From: a virus
IMG/VR virus record: IMGVR_UViG_3300029240_000023
Location: 1-42,513 of that record
DNA: 42,513 nt
Direction: 5' to 3' (one strand)
In this document: positions 1-7,326 of the stretch, in pieces
Position numbering within the stretch: the first letter of the stretch is position 1
How the letters are laid out: each line of letters starts with the position of its first letter
Program-made: the position numbers and the translations under genes
Notes under the pieces: generated by a model
The model's input: the letters and a program-made list of their open reading frames with translations, nothing else
What the model was told of the DNA's origin: nothing
Databases searched by the model: none

Positions 1-99
1 ACCGCGCGGAAATGCCCGGGCGCATATCCCCCGCCCCCGGTGCTATCCGGCAGCAGCCGGAACCGCTGAACAGTGCCGGACAGCCCAACCCCTGAACTG
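1..99. repeat. Terminal direct repeat copy 1, identical to 42415..42513; marks circular closure or assembly overlap
   Basis: Read directly: 99/99 identical bases at both window ends. Confidence 0.95.
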
Positions 100-104
100 A
101 AAAA

Positions 105-179
105 TACGGTAAAAATTACGATAAATCTTGAATTGCCTATTGACAATTACGGTAAATCGTGATATAGTATCACCGTAAA
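105..179 (+). promoter_or_regulatory. Operator-like repeats around the 140..168 promoter
   Basis: TACGGTAAA at 105 and 148, TACGATAAA at 117, CACCGTAAA at 171. The inverted pair TTACGGT (147-153) / ACCGTAA (172-178) brackets the -10. Confidence 0.4.
140..168 (+). promoter_or_regulatory. Sigma70-type promoter for the 285..982 cassette
   Basis: TTGACA (140-145), 17-nt spacer, TATAGT (163-168). Confidence 0.6.
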
Positions 180-284
180 CAAAAAGCGCCCCCGAAGCCG
201 TAGCAAGCAAACCGGGAGCGCACCACACAAGGAGGCACCGCTATTATAGCACGGCCTCCGCAGAATTACAAGGAGGAAATAAAA

Positions 285-680
285 ATGGCAATCTATGATA
301 AAATCACCGCCGAGCTGGAAGCCCGGAAGGATCGCAGCGCATGGGATAAGGGCGTCAATGCCTACGCCCTGGAGCTGGTAGAAGAACTGAAAGAACGGGC
401 GGAATATGAAGGCCGGAACCCTGAATCTGAGAAAGAGTGCCGGGAGTGGATGTTGAACGGGGCGCAGGACTGGGAGCAATACAGCTGGGGCGGTTCCGCC
501 CTGATCTATGACGGCGACATTGCGGGACGTCTTTGCTGCCCGTCCGAACTCAAGAAAACCCGCAACGGTGAGCGCAGACCAAACAGCCGGGAAGAATGGC
601 TAGACGTGCAAGCAAGAGCCTTGTATCAGGCCGCAAGCCGTGTTGTCAATGCATACCGGGCGGAGGTGCAGCCCAAATGA
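285..680 (+). CDS. Hypothetical protein, 131 aa, accessory cassette
   Basis: ORF with SD AAGGAGGAAATAAAA before the ATG; protein-like composition; own promoter and terminator. Confidence 0.75.
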   Translation: MAIYDKITAELEARKDRSAWDKGVNAYALELVEELKERAEYEGRNPESEKECREWMLNGAQDWEQYSWGGSALIYDGDIAGRLCCPSELKKTRNGERRPNSREEWLDVQARALYQAASRVVNAYRAEVQPK

Positions 681-901
681 GAAAATACACGTTGAAAGCG
701 CTCCGGGAGCTTGTGCGGCTCGGAGTGGCTGAGGACTACACCAACAAGCCCGCCGAGAACCTTTACACGCTCCGCAGGCTTGAAAAAGTGGGCTATTCCT
801 CCGGGGTTTACGGAATTAACGGCGGATTGGTCGAAGATACCGAAACCGGGCAGTTATACGCCATTATCGGGCGTTGTTCCAATTTGTTTATCTTGTTTTA
901 A
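677..901 (+). CDS. Hypothetical protein, 74 aa (MRKYTLKAL...)
   Basis: ATGA start/stop overlap with the 285..680 ORF; internal start of track ORF 596..901. Confidence 0.65.
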   Translation: MRKYTLKALRELVRLGVAEDYTNKPAENLYTLRRLEKVGYSSGVYGINGGLVEDTETGQLYAIIGRCSNLFILF

Positions 902-913
902 GGGGGTGTAGCC

Positions 914-982
914 GTGGCACTGCTTGCAATTCTGTTTTTCCCGCTGCTGGTGCTGGCGGAGCTGCTGAAGATCAGCAAATAA
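914..982 (+). CDS. Possible 22-aa hydrophobic micropeptide (VALLAILFFPLLVLAELLKISK)
   Basis: GTG start 5-6 nt after AAGGGGG; followed directly by a terminator. Too short to be sure. Confidence 0.3.
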   Translation: MALLAILFFPLLVLAELLKISK

Positions 983-989
983 TATTCAA

Positions 990-1023
990 GCCGTCCGGGC
1001 ATTGTCCGGGCGGCTTTTCTTTC
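990..1023 (+). terminator. Rho-independent terminator of the plus-strand cassette
   Basis: 9-bp GC-rich stem 990-998/1006-1014 (one G-T pair) followed by TTTTCTTTC. Confidence 0.65.
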
Positions 1024-1449
1024 TGTCCGCGTCCAGATCTGGCGCGGCGTTCTCTTTGCCCTGCCAACGTGGCGGGGCTTTTCTCTTGCTATGCCCTGTA
1101 AGGCGCTCAGCGGCTTTTTAAGCGGTTTTTATTCTTGTAATATAAATTAACGTTGAGCATCGTTCCCGCCTTAAAATGGGCGCGTATGGACGCAACACAA
1201 CGCCGTGCGGTATTTTATGCCGCGTGTAAAGCGTTCAGCGCCCGCCCTTGCCCCGTTTCCCGTGCCGGATATGCCAGGGCAACCCCGAAGCTTTTTCCCG
1301 GCCTGTCGCTTTCTGCGCCCCCCCGGTGTTCTGCCATCTGCAACGGTGCAGGAGCGCCGCCCTATAAGCCGCCCCGGTCCCGATCAGATTTCCCGCCATG
1401 TTTTTGCGCCAGAGTTGAAAATCCTCGCAAGGCTCCCAGCTCGTGAGCC

Positions 1450-1577
1450 ATAGTCGCAAAGTCGCAGCCGAAAATTCCCGTTTCATAGTCGCAGAAAGTC
1501 GCCCCGAAAGTCGCAAGACCTCCGGGGCGTTTTTATAGTCGCTATAGTCGCTGGGTCAAAGTCGCTGTTATAGTCGC
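1450..1577 (+). repeat. Array of nine same-orientation 8-mers A[T/A]AGTCGC
   Basis: ATAGTCGC at 1450, 1485, 1535, 1544, 1570. AAAGTCGC at 1458, 1495, 1507, 1558. A tenth ATAGTCGC lies at 1811 inside terS. Confidence 0.9.
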
Positions 1578-1786
1578 TCGAGCTTCCGACCGCACACTGG
1601 GCAAAAATTCCAAGTCACCGTCATTTGCCGCCCGCTATGGGCAACCACGGTGAATGTTTCCGGTTTGTTCACACACTCTCTGCAAAAGTCGCAGGCGGGT
1701 TTCCTAGCGCCGCCCTCCATCAGCATCCGGATTTGGGCAACCTCTGTGCACATTCGTTCGATGGCGTATTCCGTCTTTTCTCTCAT
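1568..1786 (-). CDS. Small zinc-ribbon protein, 72 aa
   Basis: CDFC...CPVC pairs; ATGA overlap with the terS stop. Confidence 0.7.
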   Translation of the reverse strand: MREKTEYAIERMCTEVAQIRMLMEGGARKPACDFCRECVNKPETFTVVAHSGRQMTVTWNFCPVCGRKLERL

Positions 1787-2331
1787 TCCGTTCCACCCTC
1801 CGCGTCAATGATAGTCGCACCGCTCCCGCGAACATCTTCCAGATACTTCTGCCGCAGCTTCTCCGGGTCTGCCCGCTCTCCAAGCGGATTATCCGGCTTT
1901 AAGACCACTTCCTGCTGGTCGGTGTAGTTCATATTGTTTTTCATCAAAAAAATTCCGGCAACGGGGTTAATCTTGCCATTTTGCATGAAATCCTCCATCT
2001 GAGCGTTGATTAAATCCCGTGCTTTTTTGATAGTGTCACGCACAGAGTCGCTTAAATCCCTGCTTCTAGGCTGATTATTGCACCATCTCCACATGGTCAT
2101 TCTGTCCACACCGAAAGCTAAAGCGAATCCTGCGAAAGTCGGCTTCATATCGTTCTCAGCGCACAGGCTGAAATAGTCGAAGCACCGTTTCTGTACCGCC
2201 TCCAAGCTGTCCATGTCCGGCTTGTCCCACTTCATGATAGTCATGGAATGGTTAATGTACTTGGTGTTGTCTCCTGGTTCCAGATCAGGAACTTGATAAG
2301 GCTTCTTTTTGAGTTTATTGCTTTCCGCCAA
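1783..2331 (-). CDS. terS: Terminase small subunit (Terminase_2-like)
   Basis: HTH-like GFALAFGVDRMTMWRW and INPVAGIFLMKNNMNYTD motifs recalled from TerS families. TTG start 10 nt after AAGGAGG. Confidence 0.6.
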   Translation of the reverse strand: MAESNKLKKKPYQVPDLEPGDNTKYINHSMTIMKWDKPDMDSLEAVQKRCFDYFSLCAENDMKPTFAGFALAFGVDRMTMWRWCNNQPRSRDLSDSVRDTIKKARDLINAQMEDFMQNGKINPVAGIFLMKNNMNYTDQQEVVLKPDNPLGERADPEKLRQKYLEDVRGSGATIIDAEGGTE

Positions 2332-2334
2332 AGT

Positions 2335-2455
2335 CGTTGTCCTCCTTTACTATCTTAGTAGATTTACTTATATTCTTTACCATAACACATACACACTACA
2401 AGATATAAGATTATATTATATACTATACAGGGATAAAGCTATAATATTAAATTCC
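2335..2455 (-). promoter_or_regulatory. AT-rich intergenic region upstream of terS; candidate late promoter region
   Basis: Sharp drop in GC with several TATAAT/TATAGT-like hexamers on the minus strand. No clean -35 identified. Confidence 0.3.
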
Positions 2456-2621
2456 GTCTCCTGTTTTTCGTTTTCGCCCTCCTTTCTGTACAATCCTTCC
2501 CAGGCGGGCAAGGCCGCTTTCCCCCGCGGACGAATATGTAATTGCAGCACCGGCTGCCTTCGTAGTATCCGAAGAAATACCGGCACCCGACGCAATACTT
2601 CCTGCTATCCTTGTATTCCAT
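2439..2621 (-). CDS. Small Cys-rich protein, 60 aa (MEYKDSRKYCVGCRYF...)
   Basis: Internal ATG of track ORF 2439..2660, just downstream of the stop of 2629..3030. Confidence 0.55.
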   Translation of the reverse strand: MEYKDSRKYCVGCRYFFGYYEGSRCCNYIFVRGGKRPCPPGKDCTERRAKTKNRRRNLIL

Positions 2622-2628
2622 ATTGCCC

Positions 2629-3030
2629 CTAGAGAACAGGCAGGCTCCCAATCCCGCCAAGCATCCCGGTTTCTTGGCATATCATAAGCAGTCTTGTCTG
2701 CGCCGTCATCCGAATTTCAGCCGGTGCCCGTTCCGTTGCCGTGTGCAAGACGGAAATACACTCGATCCCCTTTCCCTTGTCCACAGACAGCACATAGGAC
2801 GTCGCAGATACCGCAGAGGCAAACCACTCCGGGACGTTGCCGTAGGCGTATTTTGCAAACATCCTCCGGAGAATCTTTTCCGGGTCAGATTCTTCCTGCT
2901 CGATGGTGGTTATCTCCCATTCCCCGGACTTGGCGACCTCTTTCACTGTTTCGGTCAATTTTTTTGCAAGCATCTCGCGTGCAGTCTTCATGAGCAACGC
3001 ATCATCAAATTTGAAATCCTGTTCTGCCAT
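2629..3030 (-). CDS. Hypothetical protein, 133 aa
   Basis: ORF tightly packed in the minus-strand operon. Confidence 0.75.
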   Translation of the reverse strand: MAEQDFKFDDALLMKTAREMLAKKLTETVKEVAKSGEWEITTIEQEESDPEKILRRMFAKYAYGNVPEWFASAVSATSYVLSVDKGKGIECISVLHTATERAPAEIRMTAQTRLLMICQETGMLGGIGSLPVL

Positions 3031-3221
3031 TATTCATGTACCTCCAATTCCTTATTTTTCCTGTCTCTGTCATATTTCAGAGCTTTCAGAAGTTCTTCCC
3101 GATTCACCCGGATACCAATTTTTATAATCGCCTGTACTACGGCATCTCCGATAGCATCCTGGAAGTCGCTTAAATTCAAGCTGGCAGGTGGGGTGTAGCC
3201 GTTAAGTTCTTCCATTTTCAT
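3030..3221 (-). CDS. Hypothetical protein, about 63 aa
   Basis: Internal start MKMEEL preceded by AAAGGTGG. The longer track start overlaps the upstream gene. Confidence 0.6.
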   Translation of the reverse strand: MKMEELNGYTPPASLNLSDFQDAIGDAVVQAIIKIGIRVNREELLKALKYDRDRKNKELEVHE

Positions 3222-3456
3222 CCACCTTTCGCTCCCCATAACTGCAAAAATCATTGCCGTCTACCTCATTTGGGGACATGCCCTGCTCATATTGCCAATG
3301 ATAGCAATACCCAAATGGTGTTCCTCCATTGTTGGTGGGGTGCTTGCCTATTTCCTCAAATGTAATGCAGTCCCGGCACCTGACAACCGGCACCATGGAT
3401 TTCATTTTTTCTTTCGCGTCCAGCAGTTGGGCACGGTGTTCTTGTCTTTCACTCAT
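3202..3456 (-). CDS. Hypothetical Cys-containing protein, 84 aa
   Basis: ATG 8 nt after GGAGG (MSERQEHR...). Confidence 0.7.
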   Translation of the reverse strand: MSERQEHRAQLLDAKEKMKSMVPVVRCRDCITFEEIGKHPTNNGGTPFGYCYHWQYEQGMSPNEVDGNDFCSYGERKVDENGRT

Positions 3457-3634
3457 TCCCAATACCTCCATTTTTCGTAAGATATTTAATTTCTTCTTGC
3501 ACCAGCGTTCGGTTGCTCATGATAATATGTGATTCTGTAACCCTGTTGGGGCAAGCCACGCACTCGCACTTGTAGGGAGGCTTTCCCTCATTCGCCCCTC
3601 TGCACAAGCATTGGTAATTGAAGCAGTCTGCCAC
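3449..3634 (-). CDS. Small Cys-rich protein, 61 aa
   Basis: GTG start 9 nt after AAGGGG; six Cys in the first 28 residues. Confidence 0.6.
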   Translation of the reverse strand: MADCFNYQCLCRGANEGKPPYKCECVACPNRVTESHIIMSNRTLVQEEIKYLTKNGGIGNE

Positions 3635-3640
3635 TTTCCG

Positions 3641-4243
3641 TCACCCCTTCGGCAATTCTGGAAGCGGTTGCCAGTGTGTGATTTCAACATCGTCATCCAC
3701 CTGATCCGTTTCGTTCGCGCCGCACTCTACAAGCAAATCTTCGCAAACACACGACCACCAATACCAAGCCCCCCTGTAATAGACAGCAGTCGCTTTTTGC
3801 GGAACGTCCTTCATGTACCGGTAGTACGGCGCTGGGTTGTGATTTACCCACACCACATTTACAGGCTCAAGTTCCTTCGGCAACCGAACAGACGCGGAAA
3901 TACATGGGGTGAACTTCTTACAATAGGGGTAGCCGACGATCTCACAACACTCCTTGTTCCCGTAGACAATATTTCCGTCTGTACTGTGGTCAAAATGACC
4001 GCACATGGTGCAAATGAACATTTCGGCATCCTGCCACTTCTTCCGAAGCTGGACGACGGCTTTCTCGCGCTCCTGGGCATCGTATTTAAGATCCCTGATT
4101 TTATTCTGCTCGCTGCACGGAATCCACCTTGTCCGCTCCAACGCCTCCATGCCCATTCGGCAGGCTTCGTTCACCTCGTCCATGCCGTCATAATGCTCCC
4201 GGTGTTCCGGGTTCAGAATTTCAATCGCTCGGTCAATCGTCAT
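3641..4243 (-). CDS. Hypothetical protein with DUF551-like C-terminus
   Basis: C-terminal ITHWQPLPELPKG resembles the DUF551 hallmark (THWMPLPEPP). Confidence 0.75.
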   Translation of the reverse strand: MTIDRAIEILNPEHREHYDGMDEVNEACRMGMEALERTRWIPCSEQNKIRDLKYDAQEREKAVVQLRKKWQDAEMFICTMCGHFDHSTDGNIVYGNKECCEIVGYPYCKKFTPCISASVRLPKELEPVNVVWVNHNPAPYYRYMKDVPQKATAVYYRGAWYWWSCVCEDLLVECGANETDQVDDDVEITHWQPLPELPKG

Positions 4244-4502
4244 CGCCCTTATCCTCCTTATCCTCCAAGAGGTGCTGAACAGCGAGCGTGTTCAAAACGT
4301 GTGTAAATTCCAAAATATCCCAACTGTTATGGGTAATTCGCCCCGCAACACTGCACATTGCGAACAGCATAGCGGTTAAATCCTCCGTGAAATCGCCGCC
4401 CAAATCCATCTTTGGGAGTGCCGGTAGCTCACAATCTTCCTCATCTTTGTAAACGTCCGTTAATGCAGCTCCAAAAATTGATGCTTTCATAAATAAATCC
4501 AT
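4233..4502 (-). CDS. Hypothetical acidic protein, 89 aa
   Basis: ATG 5 nt after GGAGGAG. Confidence 0.7.
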   Translation of the reverse strand: MDLFMKASIFGAALTDVYKDEEDCELPALPKMDLGGDFTEDLTAMLFAMCSVAGRITHNSWDILEFTHVLNTLAVQHLLEDKEDKGDDD

Positions 4503-4504
4503 AA

Positions 4505-4825
4505 TTACTCCTCCAAATCCATTTTTGCGCCGCAATGGCAATATGGATTATTCTCTGGCTTGTTAAAGCAACCAAATGTCTCAATGCGGCCACACACGGA
4601 GCATTCGTATTCCCCACAAGCTGCCATTCTGCGAACAAGTCGCCATTTCCCATGCCGCACCGGCTCCACATCGGCGGCGGGGAGGCTCTTAACTAGGCGG
4701 ATAGCATTATAAACGTCACAAACGTTGCAGACGCAAAGGGCGCTGCTGCTTCCAGCACACTCAGCACAGCCTACTGCCACCCGAATCTTCTCGATTGCCG
4801 CTTCCCGGCTGATGTAATCACTCAT
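4505..4825 (-). CDS. Hypothetical zinc-ribbon protein, 106 aa
   Basis: Several CxxC pairs; ISREAAI...VEPVRHGKW pattern common in Firmicutes phage proteins (from recall). Confidence 0.75.
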   Translation of the reverse strand: MSDYISREAAIEKIRVAVGCAECAGSSSALCVCNVCDVYNAIRLVKSLPAADVEPVRHGKWRLVRRMAACGEYECSVCGRIETFGCFNKPENNPYCHCGAKMDLEE

Positions 4826-5124
4826 TTCAATTCCTCCAAAGTAATCTGCCCATCAATGGGCGTATTGTCGGCCTCTTTCCGCTTCCGTTCCGGGACGACT
4901 TCTCTCACAAGGGGGTTGCGGCTTATTGCCCGATTGAATGCCCCACAAGCCATCCATCGTCCCGCCCAGTCCGTCGCTTCACTATGGGTAATCCCGTATA
5001 CTTTGCATTTGCAAAGCACTTTATCGTGATACTTGCCCTTTATGAAGTTGCTACACTCCCGGCACGTATGCCCATCCAAAACGCCGAAAAACCGGTGCAT
5101 TAGAGCAAGTTTACGTAAAGCCAT
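4822..5124 (-). CDS. Hypothetical Cys-rich protein, 100 aa
   Basis: ATG 5 nt after GGAGGAA; 1-nt overlap with the upstream stop. Confidence 0.7.
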   Translation of the reverse strand: MALRKLALMHRFFGVLDGHTCRECSNFIKGKYHDKVLCKCKVYGITHSEATDWAGRWMACGAFNRAISRNPLVREVVPERKRKEADNTPIDGQITLEELK

Positions 5125-5705
5125 TATAGTTCCTCCACATAGCACCAACTCTGGGGCGGGCGTTTGATATGACCGCCATTTTCGCAATATGCACACCCAT
5201 ATTCATCGCACACTTTGCCTATGCAGATTTCAAGCGGGCGAAAAAACTTGCTCAGCTTCTTCGGCGTGTCGTAGATTTCCAGCTTGGAAATGTGCCAGCC
5301 GTAAAGCGTTGCACCTTTTCCGTAGTCCCACAAAGCACCGTCCACAAGCCTAGTCTGCGCCACAAAGTCATCATCCACATCGTAGATTCCATACGGTTCT
5401 GTTGCCGCCTTGATGGTTTCAACCCGGTCACATACAAATTCCCCGGCAACATGCCCGTTGAAAACGTCCCAGTTTCTGTCTGCTTCTGCTCTGCCATACC
5501 CCGAAAGGCGGGTAAACTCCGTAAACCAATCGCCCTGGAAAACATCACCCCACACAAGGAACGGCCTTGTGTTTGTGCAGTATATATAGCACTTGAAAGG
5601 CGTGTCCAAATGTGGCTTTGTCTTGCGAACCTCGATTGTCTTCCGCCCGTTGGCAATCTTCTCCACCCACTCCGGGCGGATGCTGATAAGTACCGCGTTA
5701 GCCAT
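5124..5705 (-). CDS. ASCH (PUA-like) domain protein
   Basis: N-terminus AVLISIRPEWVEKIANGRKTIEVRK matches the ASCH beta-barrel signature. Confidence 0.7.
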   Translation of the reverse strand: MANAVLISIRPEWVEKIANGRKTIEVRKTKPHLDTPFKCYIYCTNTRPFLVWGDVFQGDWFTEFTRLSGYGRAEADRNWDVFNGHVAGEFVCDRVETIKAATEPYGIYDVDDDFVAQTRLVDGALWDYGKGATLYGWHISKLEIYDTPKKLSKFFRPLEICIGKVCDEYGCAYCENGGHIKRPPQSWCYVEEL

Positions 5706-5707
5706 GT

Positions 5708-6055
5708 TCAGCCCTCCTGTTCCAGACTTCCGTCAAACGCCGTAGCGCGTGCGAACTGCTTCATTCCTTGAATATCCTCCGCAGACGCTTGATTATTATC
5801 CTCCCAGTAAACCGGAATCCTTTCTGTGCGGCCATCATCAAAAATAGCGTATAGCGTAGGCGTTGCCCAATAGGAACCAGTAATTCCCATCACCTCGATG
5901 AATCGCTCATTCAAATTCTTTCGAAATTCCCCGTTGCGCCACACTTCGTCAGTTGTCCATCCCCAGTCCTCGTCCATGCCTATTTCAACGGCAACAAGTC
6001 CATCCGAATGAGTGCGGATATATTCTTTGATTTTCTTTCCATCATAATATTTCAT
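5708..6055 (-). CDS. Hypothetical protein, 115 aa
   Basis: ATG (MKYYDG) 7 nt after AAGGAG. The longer track start would overlap the small ORF 6103..6249. Confidence 0.7.
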   Translation of the reverse strand: MKYYDGKKIKEYIRTHSDGLVAVEIGMDEDWGWTTDEVWRNGEFRKNLNERFIEVMGITGSYWATPTLYAIFDDGRTERIPVYWEDNNQASAEDIQGMKQFARATAFDGSLEQEG

Positions 6056-6102
6056 GCCATTTCTCCTTCCCGCCCGGGTTGCCCCGGGCTTATCGCTTGT
6101 TT

Positions 6103-6249
6103 TCATTCTCTCAAAAATCTCCACTCCAAAGCTATCCATGCAAATTCATAGGGCAAAGACCCTTTCCGGAACTCTTGCGCAATCCTGTTTGCATTGTTCC
6201 GCTTAACGCCTTTCGACATGAGCAGCTTTACAAAACGTTTTCGTGTCAT
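6103..6249 (-). CDS. Small basic protein, 48 aa (MTRKRFVKLLMSKGVKRNNANRIAQEF...)
   Basis: Hand translation; ATG 6 nt after AGGAG. Below the ORF-track size cut-off. Confidence 0.45.
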   Translation of the reverse strand: MTRKRFVKLLMSKGVKRNNANRIAQEFRKGSLPYEFAWIALEWRFLRE

Positions 6250-6314
6250 TGGTCTCTCCTAACAGTGTCGATTTCGAGGCGGTTAAACCATTTCCGTGAC
6301 CTCACGAAAATGGT

Positions 6315-6980
6315 CTATCCCCACTGTTCCGCCATAGCTTTTGCAATACCGGGGAAGGTCTTTGCACGGGTTTTGCTGTCCCGGTTTGATTTCAGGGTGT
6401 ACTCGGGGTTTACCCTGCCCGTACTGTGCTCCCTCCCGGAGGCGCTGCCGACCCATAGACCCTCGGGTTTCACGATGTTTGTCGGAATCAGCGGTGGGAC
6501 GTTTCGCAGCCAGAGGCACGTCCGCTTTTTCCACGGGTCGCCGAACATATACGGCTCAATGATCTGGTCGTACTCGGGCAAGTTGAACCACCGGAGCGGA
6601 CACGGATTTTCCACAACGATTCTTTCAACCCCGGAAGACAGCAGTTGCAAGAAGAAGCGCCGCGCTTCCCATCCAAGCCGCTCTCTGTTCCAGTCTTTCA
6701 CCGTATGATCGCGATTAAAAAGGCGTATCGCGCTGGCCGACGTCAGGTATGTACACGGCGGGTGTGCAATCAGCATATCCCACTTCCCAACATCATGCGC
6801 CTGCCCGTCCATAGTGGTCACGTGCCCTCCCTCGAGAGCTTTCAGGGCATCACCAAGGATGTGCCATTCAGGTTTCCCGCCGGACGGCTCCTGAATATCG
6901 CAGGAATAGGCCTCATGCCCCAGCGCCCGGAACGCCTTGCACACGGTTTGCGATTCCTCGCAGGCTATCAGGACTTTCAT
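6315..6980 (-). CDS. Compact C5-cytosine-methyltransferase-like protein, 221 aa
   Basis: HPPCTYL (motif IV PC-like) and VVENP (motif VI ENV-like). No canonical FxGxG motif I. ATG after AAGGGGGAAAA. Confidence 0.6.
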   Translation of the reverse strand: MKVLIACEESQTVCKAFRALGHEAYSCDIQEPSGGKPEWHILGDALKALEGGHVTTMDGQAHDVGKWDMLIAHPPCTYLTSASAIRLFNRDHTVKDWNRERLGWEARRFFLQLLSSGVERIVVENPCPLRWFNLPEYDQIIEPYMFGDPWKKRTCLWLRNVPPLIPTNIVKPEGLWVGSASGREHSTGRVNPEYTLKSNRDSKTRAKTFPGIAKAMAEQWG

Positions 6981-7258
6981 TTTTCCCCCTTGCTTTCTGC
7001 CGGGGCTTTGAGCCATGCCAACCTGCATTCCTCGCATCCCGGCATATTCTCGCAGATATCTTTACGACCCTCGCAAATAAACGTTCCGGTGCTGAGTAAC
7101 TTTGCCAGCTCCTCGTCCGTCATGTTCCGGATGCGGTCGGCGTTGGTCATCGGCTCATACCTATCTTTCAAGCCTTCATCGTGAATGCAGCCGTCACAAG
7201 CCGCCCATCCACCCGGGGCAATTCGGTACTTGCAGCTGGTGCATAGCTCATTTTTCAT
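6977..7258 (-). CDS. Hypothetical Cys-rich protein, 93 aa
   Basis: ORF with ATGA coupling to the downstream gene; TNADRIRNMTDEELAKLL motif. Confidence 0.75.
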   Translation of the reverse strand: MKNELCTSCKYRIAPGGWAACDGCIHDEGLKDRYEPMTNADRIRNMTDEELAKLLSTGTFICEGRKDICENMPGCEECRLAWLKAPAESKGEK

Positions 7259-7326
7259 TTCCCATTTCCTTTCTGTTTTCCTTTATTCCCCCGCCGGCTT
7301 GAAACAGCCGTACATTTTCGCTTTGC

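Noticed and set aside
1153-1516. Track ORFs 1153..1446 (+), 1205..1453 (+) and 1235..1516 (-) as genes in the GC-rich gap
   Set aside because: They have Pro/Arg/Ala/Ser-rich low-information translations and no SD-start pairing, and they overlap one another. I treated the region as non-coding.
1450-1577. Considered whether the AGTCGC repeat array is a CRISPR array
   Set aside because: The repeat units are only 8 bp with 0-29 bp gaps. There are no 25-40 bp repeats or spacers, and no cas genes anywhere in the window.
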